Assembly (NCBI GenBank): GCA_963675595.2
Contig: CAXXLZ010000002.1
Coordinates: forward strand, 576,001 to 640,000
Reading direction: 5' to 3'
Length of the DNA: 64,000 nt
From: Thermodesulfobacteriota bacterium
GTDB taxonomy: Bacteria > Desulfobacterota > Desulfarculia > JACQYL01
A program made the position numbers and the translations under genes. Positions within the stretch are counted from its first letter, which is position 1; each line of letters starts with the position of its first letter. Positions 29,506 to 41,129 of the stretch are shown here, piece by piece. Under the pieces are notes generated by a model. That model saw only the letters and a list, made by a program, of their open reading frames with translations. It was not told the origin of the DNA and did no database searches.

Positions 29506-31095
29506 ATGAGAGAAAAGAACTCCGGTTACACCAAGAAATTCCCATCCTTCAGATCCTACGATCCGCCTTCCTGTGGTTCTTTAGTCAAAGCCGTCGTCAT
29601 GGTTTTACTGCTGCTCTCGGCTGTTTTCCCGGCCTGCGGCGGTTCCACCGGCGACACCGGCGAAGTGCTTTGGTTCTCCGACCTGCATTTCAACCCCTTC
29701 GCGGACCCGGCCGTCGTGACCCGGCTGGCGGAAAACAACGCAACCGAGTGGGACGCGATCCTGTCCGAGTCTCCGGTTCATGCCGTGCTCCCACTTTACG
29801 GCAAAGAGGCCAACAGAGCGCTGCTCGAGGCTTCCCTCGCCGACATGCGGGAGCATGTGCCGTCGCCGGATTTTATCCTGTTCGCCGGCGACTTCTTGGC
29901 GCACAAATTCGATACGGTATATCTGAAGCTCACAGGGGATGCGTCCACGGAAGGATTACGGAAATTCGTCGATAAGACCCTGGCCTACATCGTTTCGCGG
30001 ATTACCCTCTATTACCCGGAAACTTCCATCTATTTCTGCCTGGGCAACAACGACGACTACGACGGCGATTACCTCCTCGCGCCCCACGGCCCGTTCCTCG
30101 AGAACACTTCCGATTTTTTCGCCGACGCCTTCCTGAAAACCGCGTGTAACCGGGAATCGTTCGCGGCCACCTATCCCCAAGGAGGCCACTACCAAGTGTT
30201 TCCCGCCGTTGGCGACGGCTTGCGGATCCTTTCGCTCAACGCCGTGTTTCTCTCCCGAAACGCTCCGGATACGGATTCCGATCCCGGCGACGCACAACTG
30301 GACTGGCTGGAGCAAAGTCTTTCGGCGGCGGCCGAAGCGGGAGACAAGGTCTGGATCCTGTTGCACATCCCCCCCGGAGTGGACGAGTACGCCACGGTAC
30401 GAGCCAATGAGGGAAAATCCGATTTTAGGGACATCATCCTGCATATAAAGGAAAAGTATTCGAAACGATTGACAAGCATCGTATCCCAATACGCCGACAC
30501 CGTTACCGAGGTTTTCGCCGGTCACATTCATCGCGAGGCCTTTCGCCTTATCCGTTCTCCCGAGGTCACGACCGGTTCCGGAGTTCCCGTGCTGACGACT
30601 CTTTCCATCTCTCCGGGCTTCGCCAACAACCCCGGATACATAAGCTTGACGTACCAACGAGGGACGTTTGTGATATGGGACTATGAAACCCGCTGTCTCG
30701 ATTCCGACGACGGACTCTGGCGCACCGGCCACCGTTTCCGAGAGGCCTACGGCGACTCTCCCTTGACGGGACAAAGCGTGTGGACCCTGTATTCCGGCCT
30801 GAAACACGACGCCGACCTGCAGGAACGTTACATTTCCGCCTACGACGGCTTCAAGAGGACCCACCGACAGATCACGCCGGAAACCTTCGACTATTACTTG
30901 TCGGCCATCCCCTATTTGGACGCGGAAAGCTACCGTCGTGCGCTGGAAAGCGGTTCCGAATCCCAAGACCGGGCCGCGGCCTCCGGATCGGCGTTCAGCC
31001 GGGACGTTCCAAAAGCCGTGCTTGTTCAGCGGGAACCTCCGCCTTTTTCCGTCGGCTCCGAGTTTCCGCCGGCGGCTTCCTCTCTGCAGAACTGA
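29506..31095 (+). CDS. Exported metallophosphoesterase, acid-sphingomyelinase/SMPDL3-like
   Basis: SDLH, AGDF..H, LGNND, LHIPPG, FAGHIH, SISPGFANNPG; lipobox-like FPAC; start uncertain. Confidence 0.8.
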   Translation: MREKNSGYTKKFPSFRSYDPPSCGSLVKAVVMVLLLLSAVFPACGGSTGDTGEVLWFSDLHFNPFADPAVVTRLAENNATEWDAILSESPVHAVLPLYGKEANRALLEASLADMREHVPSPDFILFAGDFLAHKFDTVYLKLTGDASTEGLRKFVDKTLAYIVSRITLYYPETSIYFCLGNNDDYDGDYLLAPHGPFLENTSDFFADAFLKTACNRESFAATYPQGGHYQVFPAVGDGLRILSLNAVFLSRNAPDTDSDPGDAQLDWLEQSLSAAAEAGDKVWILLHIPPGVDEYATVRANEGKSDFRDIILHIKEKYSKRLTSIVSQYADTVTEVFAGHIHREAFRLIRSPEVTTGSGVPVLTTLSISPGFANNPGYISLTYQRGTFVIWDYETRCLDSDDGLWRTGHRFREAYGDSPLTGQSVWTLYSGLKHDADLQERYISAYDGFKRTHRQITPETFDYYLSAIPYLDAESYRRALESGSESQDRAAASGSAFSRDVPKAVLVQREPPPFSVGSEFPPAASSLQN

Positions 31096-31342
31096 TGTCG
31101 CCTTTCAGGCTTCCGGGACGGCTCGGTTTCGCTCCGGGCTACGGCCGGATCGAAAACATGGAGACTCTTGCTACCTATTCACCGGGTGTGCCGCAGAGGG
31201 ACGCCGTCCCCCCGCACCCCCTGCCGGGGGACCCATGGCCCCCCGGACACCCCTCTGAATGCTCACAACTCTTGAATTCCCGGACAAGGAATAAAGGACG
31301 GTATTCACGGGAGCCGCATCCGCAAGAAAATCCGGAACAGGG

Positions 31343-33448
31343 ATGAGGAAAATGATCAAGCTTTTTTTCCGACTTCGAGTATGGATGCTCTTACTCCCGG
31401 CATGCCTCGCGGCCTGCACGCCGTCTCCCGAGCCGGCCCGTGCCGAAGGTCTGCATCACGATTTGCGCGTTTTGCTGTACCCTTCCGAGGGACGACTTTC
31501 CGGAACGGACGCCATTACCTTTGAATCCGATGAAGAAGAGCTTCTTCTGGGGATCGCCCCATCCGCTCGCATCCTCAGTATCCAAATGGACGGCAAAGAA
31601 ATCCCCACGGAAAACAAGCGAGGCGTGCTTGCCGTGCCTTTGGGCAAACAATCAACACGCCATCGGCTGCTCGTGAAATATGACGCCGTGTTTCGCGATC
31701 CCGTGCCCAGACCGGCCTTTGCCTCCGACAATCCGGGATACGGCGTGGTGGGGATCATTGCCGAAGAGGGCGTTTTCCTCCTGCCCGGCGCGGGCTGGTA
31801 TCCGTCCGGTATGAGTCCTCCGGCTTCCTTCCGACTTACGGTGGAAGCGCCGGAAGGAATGGAGGCGGTCACCATGGGCGCGCGTGTCGACCGATGGACC
31901 CGCGACGGCCTTTCCGGTTCCCGCTGGGAAATACGTCATGCAACCGAAGCACCCGCCCTTTCCGCCGGGTATTACCTGCCGGAGGAACGCAACGCCGGAG
32001 GGATTCCGGTCTACACCTATTTCTCAGAAGAAAACCGGTCCTTGTCTCCCACCTATCTCGATGCCTCGGCCGGCTTCCTCAAGCTGTACACCGGGCTTTT
32101 CGGCCCCTATCCTTTCGAGAAATTCGCCGTGGTCGAAAATTTCTTCCCCACGGGGTACGGATTCCCATCCTACACTTTGTTGGGCGGCACCGTGATTCGA
32201 CTGCCCTTTATCCCCCAAACCAGCCTTGGTCATGAAATCGCCCACTGTTGGTGGGGCAACGGAGTCCGGGTGGACGCCTCCCGGGGTAACTGGTGCGAGG
32301 GCCTCACCACTTACGTGTCGGATTATTTGTATGAAGAAAGGAAATCCGAGGAACAAGGCGCGGAGTATCGCCGCAAGCTGCTTCGAGATTACGCCACCCT
32401 GGTTCCTCCGGACCGGGATTTCCCGCTCAGCCGCTTTATGGGGCGGGTGGACCCCGCCACCCGCGCGGTGGGGTACGGCAAGGGAGCCATGGTATTTCAC
32501 ATGGCCCGTCGAAGGGTGGGCGAGACGGCCTTTTGGGGGGCGCTGAAAAACGTATTTCGAGAAAGATGCTTTCGCGAGGCATCCTGGTCCGACTTCGCCG
32601 CCGCGTTCGGGGCCGCCGGCGGGCGGGACCTTCAGCCCTTCTTCGATCAATGGGTTCGGCGAAAGGGGGCGCCCATGGTGCATCTCGAAGCCGTGCGTGA
32701 GCAACCCACGGACGGAGGACGACTCGTGACCGGCCGCCTTCGGCAGGATTCCCCGGCTTACGATCTGGAGGTTCCCTTGCGTCTGACCACGGCTTCCGGC
32801 TCGATGGATTTCACCGTGACGCTCGATTCCTCCGAAACCGACTTCTCCGTGAAAACGGATGCTCTTCCCGTGGAGCTGGCCGTGGACCCCGATGCTCAGG
32901 TCTTCCGCCGCCTTTACGATGAGGAGATCCCCCCGGTGGTGAACTCAATCCGAGGTTCCGAGTCTCTGGTCGCCGTGTTGTCGGACCACGCCGAACCCTG
33001 GCTCGCACCGGCGGGCCGGTTGTTGTTGGATTCCCTGGACCAGGAGGGGGTTCCCTTGATTCCGGAAAAGGATCTTGGAAAGATGGATTTGGAAGGAAAC
33101 GACCTGATCTTTGTGGGTCGTCCCTCCGGGCTCCCACCGGAACTATCTTGGCCCGAAATCCCCGACCTGCCGGACCCGGCTTCCTTCACCCTCCAAGAAC
33201 GGACCTTCGACAATCCGGGAGATTGCCTGTTCGAGGTGGTGCGACGTCCCGGAACGCGAAACAAGGCCATGGCCCTGTTTCTTCCCCTGTCGCGGGAGGC
33301 CGCGCGTTCTGCGCTCCCCAAGATCAAACACTACGGAAAGTACGGATATCTGGTCTTTCGGAAGGGGATGAACCTCGTCAAAGGAACCCGCATACCAAAG
33401 TCCTCACCACTCATACACCGGTTTCAGACCCGGGAGGACACGCATTGA
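31343..33448 (+). CDS. M1-family aminopeptidase (lipoprotein)
   Basis: LAAC lipobox, GYGFP, HEIAHCWWGN..EGLTTY, YGKGAMVFH. Confidence 0.88.
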   Translation: MRKMIKLFFRLRVWMLLLPACLAACTPSPEPARAEGLHHDLRVLLYPSEGRLSGTDAITFESDEEELLLGIAPSARILSIQMDGKEIPTENKRGVLAVPLGKQSTRHRLLVKYDAVFRDPVPRPAFASDNPGYGVVGIIAEEGVFLLPGAGWYPSGMSPPASFRLTVEAPEGMEAVTMGARVDRWTRDGLSGSRWEIRHATEAPALSAGYYLPEERNAGGIPVYTYFSEENRSLSPTYLDASAGFLKLYTGLFGPYPFEKFAVVENFFPTGYGFPSYTLLGGTVIRLPFIPQTSLGHEIAHCWWGNGVRVDASRGNWCEGLTTYVSDYLYEERKSEEQGAEYRRKLLRDYATLVPPDRDFPLSRFMGRVDPATRAVGYGKGAMVFHMARRRVGETAFWGALKNVFRERCFREASWSDFAAAFGAAGGRDLQPFFDQWVRRKGAPMVHLEAVREQPTDGGRLVTGRLRQDSPAYDLEVPLRLTTASGSMDFTVTLDSSETDFSVKTDALPVELAVDPDAQVFRRLYDEEIPPVVNSIRGSESLVAVLSDHAEPWLAPAGRLLLDSLDQEGVPLIPEKDLGKMDLEGNDLIFVGRPSGLPPELSWPEIPDLPDPASFTLQERTFDNPGDCLFEVVRRPGTRNKAMALFLPLSREAARSALPKIKHYGKYGYLVFRKGMNLVKGTRIPKSSPLIHRFQTREDTH

Positions 33449-34308
33449 CGAAATCCGGAAAGAACACCCGAACAGCCTGCTTGCTCCTTGCGCTGCTGGT
33501 CTTTTCGACTCCCGCCTGTTGGAAAGGGCCATCGGAAGAGCCCCGTCTCCTGCACACGGCGGATGGTCGGGTCCTCACTCTGAACGAGGCCCTGCCGGAT
33601 ATCGTGAAGGCGAAGATCGTGATCATGGGCGAGCTTCATTCCAGGCAAAGCCATCATGAGGCCCAGCTCCAATTGATCCGGCGACTGAAACAAGAAGGCC
33701 TACCCTTGGCGGTGGGCCTCGAAATGTTCGCCGCGCAACATCAGGATACGTTGGACCGGTGGATAACCGGAAACCTGGACGAGTCGGAATTACGGAAGGT
33801 GTTCGACACGGACTGGGGTTTTCCCTGGAAGCTGTACAGAGAAGTTTTCATGTTCGCCCGTGAGCGGAAGATACCTCTGGTGGCTTTGAACGTACCCCGG
33901 GAAATCACACGCCAAGTGGCTTCCCACGGGTTTGGATCCTTGACGAGTGAGCAACTCGCGCAACTCCCTCCGGTGACCTGCGACGTGGACGAGGCCTATC
34001 GGGAATTTCTTCGCAAGGCTCTGGGGGCCCATGGACACGGTTCCCATGATTTCGAACGGTTTTGTGAGGCGCAACTGCTCTGGGATACCGCCATGGCGGT
34101 TCACGCTTTGGGCTACCTCGCCCGATTCCCCGACCGATCCATGGTGATTCTCGCGGGGGAAGCCCACGCCTGGAAGCCGGGAATTCCCAGAAGAATCGCC
34201 CAACACTCGGATATGCCCGTCCGCGTGATCCTGCCGGAGATTCCGGAAAGACTCACCCCGCAAACAGTGGGCGTGGAAGAAGCGGATTATCTTTGGTTGG
34301 GGCTTTGA
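33445..34308 (+). CDS. ChaN-family (heme-uptake, Tiki/EreA-like) lipoprotein
   Basis: MGELH..HHEAQ, GLEMF, AQLLWDTAMA, ILAGEAH; TTG start overlaps the upstream stop. Confidence 0.82.
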   Translation: MTKSGKNTRTACLLLALLVFSTPACWKGPSEEPRLLHTADGRVLTLNEALPDIVKAKIVIMGELHSRQSHHEAQLQLIRRLKQEGLPLAVGLEMFAAQHQDTLDRWITGNLDESELRKVFDTDWGFPWKLYREVFMFARERKIPLVALNVPREITRQVASHGFGSLTSEQLAQLPPVTCDVDEAYREFLRKALGAHGHGSHDFERFCEAQLLWDTAMAVHALGYLARFPDRSMVILAGEAHAWKPGIPRRIAQHSDMPVRVILPEIPERLTPQTVGVEEADYLWLGL

Positions 34309-34371
34309 TGTGGGAAGGGAAAAAGCCGGTAATCATTTGTGAAACGGGGAAAAGCGCTTCCTTCAGAGCAG

Positions 34372-35226
34372 TTATGAACTCGCGAACCCCGCCCCGCTTT
34401 GGAATGAAACGGGAGCCCCGATTTGTCCGTCCATGCTGCCGCTGCGGAAGCCTTCCAGGTCCAGGGCGACATAGCGAATCCCCAACCCCTTCAGACCGTC
34501 CACCACCGCGTGACGAACGTCCGGCTGGGTGAGGCTTTCCAGGTGATCCGCCGCCACTTCGATGCGGGCCACTTCTCCGTGAACCCGCACTCTCACTTCG
34601 GGAAACCCCAACGAATCCAGGAGCTCCTCAGCCTGATCCACCGTATCGAGGATTTCGCGCGTCAGGTGCGTTCCGTAGGGAAAGCGGGTGGCCAAGCATG
34701 AAATCGGAGGTTTGTCCCAGGTGGGGAGATTCCATCTCCGGCTCAGGATTCGAATCTCTTCACGCCCGAGTCCGGCGTCGGCCAGGGGCGTCACCACGCC
34801 CAGTTCCTCCACCGCCCGTCTGCCGGGCCGATGAACGTTCAGGTCGTCGGCGTTGGTGCCGTCCATGAAGCACTCGAATCCTTGATCCCGACTAATCTCC
34901 AGCCCTTTGCCGTACACCAGTTTCTTGCATTCGTAACAACGCTGCGGAGGGTTGTTCGCCAGAACGGGAACGGACAGCATATCGAGGAAAACCACAAAGT
35001 GGCGCGCTTCCAGACGCTCCGCCGTTTTCGCGGCGGATCTCCGTTCACGCTGTGGAACAAAAGGAGAAACGACCGTGAAGGCGGCCGCGCGTTCCCCCAG
35101 AACGTCACGAGCCGCAGCCAGCAGAAAACTACTGTCCAGCCCTCCCGAGAAAGCCGCCAGCACACTGCGGCGCTCCCGGAGCAGACCCTTCAGCCGGTCC
35201 AGTTTGTGCTCGACGGGATCGGACAT
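34372..35226 (-). CDS. larE: ATP-dependent sacrificial sulfur transferase LarE-like
   Basis: AFSGGLDS PP-loop, RCYECK, DGTNADD..HRPG, SCLATRFPYG, GFRSGSM. Confidence 0.9.
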   Translation of the reverse strand: MSDPVEHKLDRLKGLLRERRSVLAAFSGGLDSSFLLAAARDVLGERAAAFTVVSPFVPQRERRSAAKTAERLEARHFVVFLDMLSVPVLANNPPQRCYECKKLVYGKGLEISRDQGFECFMDGTNADDLNVHRPGRRAVEELGVVTPLADAGLGREEIRILSRRWNLPTWDKPPISCLATRFPYGTHLTREILDTVDQAEELLDSLGFPEVRVRVHGEVARIEVAADHLESLTQPDVRHAVVDGLKGLGIRYVALDLEGFRSGSMDGQIGAPVSFQSGAGFASS

Positions 35227-35431
35227 ACGCCCCCAAGAAATGGTCGGTGAACGAATTCGTCACGTACAGGCGGGGTGAAAGCCGATACAAGGGGTCCGGC
35301 GGTAAGAGCGTTCCCCTTGGGCCCTGTGAATACGAACCAGTTGCCTACCCCGCGAACGCCTACCGAAGGACCGGCCGTAATCCTTTTTCAAAGCGCCTTC
35401 CCCGGCTTCCGCAAAAGGTGCCGAAGCGGAA

Positions 35432-36037
35432 TCAGTCTTCCCAGCCGATTACTTGGTGTCCTTCCTCGTTCAGCCTGGATATGAGGGGATTGAGGTCCGC
35501 CCGTTTCAAGCGGAAAGAGTGGATTTCCCCGTGTTGCGTATTCAGCGTCACGCCGACGCTGATCACGCGCCCCCCATATTCTCTGATGAACCGAGTTACT
35601 TCTTCGAAGGCTCCGGGTTCACGTTTGAGCACGACGTCCAATCGGGAGCTGGCCTCCAGCACGCCCACGAACTCGATAAAGGACTCGAGCACGTCCGCCA
35701 CCGTGATGATGCCCACCAGTCGGTTGTCGTCCACCACGGGCAAGCCCCCGATCTTGTGGCGATAAAGAAGTATCGCGGCCTTTTCCACACTGTCCGTGGA
35801 AGTTACCGTGATGGGTTCCGAGATCATCACGTCTTCTACGGTGATGGTTTCCACCATCGAAGGAATCAGTACACCCCGCAGGTCGCTTTCCGTCACGAAT
35901 CCCACGAACTCTCCGTCCTCCTCCAGCACGGGCAGATGGCGAATGGAGAATTTCTTCATGAGCTGAATGGCTTCCTGGATGGAACTCTTCCTGGACACGG
36001 AAACCAAATCCCTGGTCATGCGGCGTTCTACCCTCAT
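35432..36037 (-). CDS. CBS-pair plus ACT domain protein (AcuB-like)
   Basis: IRHLPV, KIGGLPVV, C-terminal ACT (REPGAF..VISV). Confidence 0.85.
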   Translation of the reverse strand: MRVERRMTRDLVSVSRKSSIQEAIQLMKKFSIRHLPVLEEDGEFVGFVTESDLRGVLIPSMVETITVEDVMISEPITVTSTDSVEKAAILLYRHKIGGLPVVDDNRLVGIITVADVLESFIEFVGVLEASSRLDVVLKREPGAFEEVTRFIREYGGRVISVGVTLNTQHGEIHSFRLKRADLNPLISRLNEEGHQVIGWED

Positions 36038-36182
36038 TTCTTCCTCCCGAATTCGAAGTCTATGCCTTTTGCGCCCCAAAGACAAGCCTGGAAGATTTCT
36101 GAGTTCTTGTTACGGCTCTTGACTTTTCCCTTCAAAAAAGCTACGGTTCCGGGAAAATCCAGATTAGCAAATTTTGCTGTGA

Positions 36183-37856
<1,674 letters not shown>

Positions 37857-37859
37857 GCC

Positions 37860-38690
37860 ATGGTTGAAACCGTCGACATAGGACCGATTCGCATAGGAGG
37901 GGGGAACCCCCTCGTTTTCATCATGGGTCCCTGCGTCATCGAAAATGAGGCCTTTGCCCTCAAGGTGGCGGAAAAGATTCGGACGTTGGCGGATGAACTG
38001 AAAATTCCCGTTATATTCAAGGCTTCCTACGACAAGGCCAACCGGACTTCCATCGACTCCTTCAGGGGACCCGGTCTGAAGGAAGGGCTGCGTATTCTGG
38101 GCCGTGTTCGTGAAGAATTCGGGCTGTGCGTCACCTCCGACGTGCACCAGGTGTCCGAGGTGAAGGCCGCCGCGGAAGTACTGGACCTGATCCAGATTCC
38201 CGCTTTCCTCTGCCGTCAGACGGACATCATCCTGGAAGCGGCCCAAACGGGCAAACCCTTGAACGTCAAGAAGGGACAGTTCATGGCTCCCGACGACATG
38301 GCGCATGTGGTCGGGAAAGCCAAGTCCGCGGGCAACCCACGGATCCTGTTGACGGAACGTGGAACCTCCTTCGGTTATCATCGTCTGATCGTGGACCTCA
38401 CGTCCCTTTACCTAATGAGAGAGCTGGGCCAACCCGTGGTTTTCGACGCCACCCACAGCGTGCAGATGCCCGGGGCCGGCGACGGCTGCACGGTGGGACG
38501 AAGAGACTTCATACCCGTGATCGCGCGAGGCGCCGTTGCCGCGGGCGTGGACGGGCTGTTCTTCGAAGTCCACCCCAAGCCCGAACGAGCCCTCTGCGAC
38601 GGCGCCAACTCTTTGGCGCTGGACCATGTGGGCGCACTCCTCCGTTCTCTCCTCGACATCCATGAGGCGGCTCATGTCCGGGACAACTGA
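37860..38690 (+). CDS. kdsA: KDO-8-phosphate synthase
   Basis: KASYDKANRTS, QIPAFLCRQTD, FDATHSVQ. Confidence 0.97.
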   Translation: MVETVDIGPIRIGGGNPLVFIMGPCVIENEAFALKVAEKIRTLADELKIPVIFKASYDKANRTSIDSFRGPGLKEGLRILGRVREEFGLCVTSDVHQVSEVKAAAEVLDLIQIPAFLCRQTDIILEAAQTGKPLNVKKGQFMAPDDMAHVVGKAKSAGNPRILLTERGTSFGYHRLIVDLTSLYLMRELGQPVVFDATHSVQMPGAGDGCTVGRRDFIPVIARGAVAAGVDGLFFEVHPKPERALCDGANSLALDHVGALLRSLLDIHEAAHVRDN

Positions 38691-39207
38691 AGGGAGATTC
38701 TTTCCACCGGAACTCCTGGAACGGGCCGGGGCCGTCGACGGGCTTATCCTGGACGTGGATGGAACCATGACCGACGGAACCATACTCATTGGTCCCGCGG
38801 GAGAAGAATACAAAGCCTTCGACGTCAAGGACGGTCTGGGAATCCGCCTCGCCATGGAAGCGGGCGTGGTGGTAGCCGTCATATCGGGAAGGGCCGCTTC
38901 CTGCGTCTCCCGAAGGGCGGCCGACCTGGGGATCGAGCACGTTTACCAGGGGATCAAAGACAAGACCAAAGTCCTCAAAGACTTGGCCAAGACGACGGGC
39001 ATCCGGCCCAAGCGTTGGGCCTGCGTGGGGGACGATCTTTTAGACCTTCCCTTGATGCATGCGGTGGGTCTGGCGGTGGGCGTGGCGGACTGCGCTCCGG
39101 AACTGATTCCGGAAGTGCATTACAGGACGGGGAGCCCGGGGGGACGCGGCGCGGTGAGAGAAGTGTGCGAGCTCCTGCTGGCGGCCCGGAAAGCGAGGCG
39201 ATTTTGA
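38674..39207 (+). CDS. kdsC: KDO-8-phosphate phosphatase
   Basis: LDVDGTMTDG, VGDDLLDL, GGRGAVRE. Confidence 0.94.
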   Translation: MSGTTEGRFFPPELLERAGAVDGLILDVDGTMTDGTILIGPAGEEYKAFDVKDGLGIRLAMEAGVVVAVISGRAASCVSRRAADLGIEHVYQGIKDKTKVLKDLAKTTGIRPKRWACVGDDLLDLPLMHAVGLAVGVADCAPELIPEVHYRTGSPGGRGAVREVCELLLAARKARRF

Positions 39208-39234
39208 CTATCAAAAATCGGGCCGAAAAACTGC

Positions 39235-39264
39235 TTTACATGCAAAATTTAGCTGTACTATACT
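39235..39264 (+). promoter_or_regulatory. Internal sigma-70 promoter before lptC
   Basis: TTTACA-18 bp-TATACT in an AT-rich gap. Confidence 0.55.
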
Positions 39265-39273
39265 GAAAAAACG

Positions 39274-39846
39274 ATGCGCAAAGGGAAGTTATGGCCGGCT
39301 CTTGCCTTGGCGGCTATCACAATGACCGCCGTCGTTTTTATTTTTCTTCGGTCCGATCGTGGTGTTCCCCCGACTCCTCCCATGGCCCCCATGGAAGAAC
39401 CGCAGGATGAGGCGCTGCTCAGCCTGGAAGGGATCGACTACGTTCAGAACAAGGATGGCAGGAACGAGTGGCGATTGATCGCGCAAGATGCCTCTTACAC
39501 GAAATCTCAAGATATTACGGAGTTCAGGCAGGTCCACTTTATTTACTATCTGCCTGATGGGCGCGAAATCCACCTGACGGGCGAAGCCGGCGAAATGAAC
39601 CTCCAGGATCGCTCCGTTGAGGTTCACGGAGACGTGAAGGTGGAAGTACCCGGCCGACTGACCCTGGAGACCGACCAGATCACTTACCGCGATGACTCCA
39701 AGGAGTTCCGATCTCCCGGCGAGGTTCGTCTCCAAACAAGGCTTCATCGCATTCGAGGCACCGGACTGAGGGCTTCCGTGGCCGAACGGAAACTGGTAAT
39801 CGAAAACAACGTAACGACCGAACTGTACGTTTCTGATCTCGAGTGA
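39274..39846 (+). CDS. lptC: LPS export protein LptC
   Basis: N-terminal TM plus beta-jellyroll-like sequence; kdsC-lptC-lptA-lptB synteny. Confidence 0.88.
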   Translation: MRKGKLWPALALAAITMTAVVFIFLRSDRGVPPTPPMAPMEEPQDEALLSLEGIDYVQNKDGRNEWRLIAQDASYTKSQDITEFRQVHFIYYLPDGREIHLTGEAGEMNLQDRSVEVHGDVKVEVPGRLTLETDQITYRDDSKEFRSPGEVRLQTRLHRIRGTGLRASVAERKLVIENNVTTELYVSDLE

Positions 39847-40400
39847 CGCTTATGAGAGAACCGGGCCCCTACTTCCACACGGGCAAGTCTTGCGGAGTCA
39901 AGAGCATCTTATTCATAACGGCCGTGCTTTGCGGGTGGCTGCTGTCGGCTTTCGCTCAAGGGGCATGGGCGCAGCAACCGACCGGTCCCGTCACCATCAC
40001 GTCCGACCGGCTTGAGCTCGACCATCAAGCTCAAAAGGTCATTTTCAGCGGTAAGGTGCATGCCGTTCAGGACGACGTAATCATCGACTGCCGAGAGATG
40101 GAGGTAATCTACGACCCGTCGGCTGTGGAAGGGGAGTTCGGGCCCGAGAGTATTCGGGAGATCCTGGCCAAGGGCGGCGTGGTCATCTCCCAAGGCGCGC
40201 GTCGCGTTACCGGTGACAAAGCCAGATATCTCAATGGAGAGCGAAAGATCGTGGTAACGGGGGACGCGGTGTTCAAGGAAGGACCTCAGAACGTACAAGG
40301 CGCAAGAATCATTTTTTTCCTCGACACGAAACGTTTCGTGGTGGAAGGAAGCGACACCAGGCCGGTGAAGGCCGTGCTGTTTCCCGAGCGCTCGCGGTAA
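39843..40400 (+). CDS. lptA: LPS transport periplasmic protein LptA
   Basis: Signal peptide, ITSDRL..FSGKVHAVQ OstA-like; synteny; start uncertain. Confidence 0.88.
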   Translation: MTLMREPGPYFHTGKSCGVKSILFITAVLCGWLLSAFAQGAWAQQPTGPVTITSDRLELDHQAQKVIFSGKVHAVQDDVIIDCREMEVIYDPSAVEGEFGPESIREILAKGGVVISQGARRVTGDKARYLNGERKIVVTGDAVFKEGPQNVQGARIIFFLDTKRFVVEGSDTRPVKAVLFPERSR

Positions 40401-40406
40401 TCTTTC

Positions 40407-41129
40407 TTGGCTCAACTCGTCACCCAGGACTTGGTAAAATCATACCGCCGGCGAGTCGTGGTGGACAAGGCGGCGCTCGTCCTGAAAAGCGGTGAGATCG
40501 TGGGCTTATTGGGTCCCAACGGGGCCGGAAAGACCACCACTTTTTACATGATCGTGGGTCTGATCCACCCCGATTCGGGCTCGGTCTTTCTGAACGACGA
40601 TGAAATCACGCATTGGCCCATGTACCGCAGAGCACGGTTGGGAATCAGCTATCTCCCCCAGGAGCCGTCGGTGTTCCGGAAAATGACGGTGGAGGAGAAC
40701 CTTTCGGCTATCCTGGAAACCATGCAGCTGTCGCGTGAGGCGCGGGAAGAACGTCTCCGGGAGCTGCTGAACGATCTCGGCATCGCATACTTGGCGGAAA
40801 ACAAGGCCTCGTCCCTGTCCGGGGGGGAGCGTCGCAGAGTCGAAATCGCGCGAGCCCTGGTCACGTCGCCGTCGTTCATTCTGTTGGATGAACCGTTCGC
40901 GGGTATTGACCCGTTGGCCATCGCGGACATACAAAATATCGTAATGGAACTTAGGCACAGAGGAATCGGAGTGCTGATTTCCGACCACAACGTACGTGAG
41001 ACCTTGAACGTTTGCGATCGCGCCTATATTCTAAATCAGGGGCAGGTTCTGGAAGAGGGTCCCCCCGAAAAGATCGCCGTCAGCGAAAAGGCTCGTAAGA
41101 TTTACCTGGGTGAGAGGTTCAAGCTCTAA
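40407..41129 (+). CDS. lptB: LPS export ABC ATPase
   Basis: GPNGAGKTT, YLPQEPSVF, LSGGERRR, LDEPFAGIDP. Confidence 0.96.
   Translation: MAQLVTQDLVKSYRRRVVVDKAALVLKSGEIVGLLGPNGAGKTTTFYMIVGLIHPDSGSVFLNDDEITHWPMYRRARLGISYLPQEPSVFRKMTVEENLSAILETMQLSREAREERLRELLNDLGIAYLAENKASSLSGGERRRVEIARALVTSPSFILLDEPFAGIDPLAIADIQNIVMELRHRGIGVLISDHNVRETLNVCDRAYILNQGQVLEEGPPEKIAVSEKARKIYLGERFKL

Noticed and set aside
31343-34308. M1 peptidase plus ChaN pair as a novel system
   Set aside because: To my knowledge these are commonly adjacent or fused in related bacteria; nothing here sets this copy apart.
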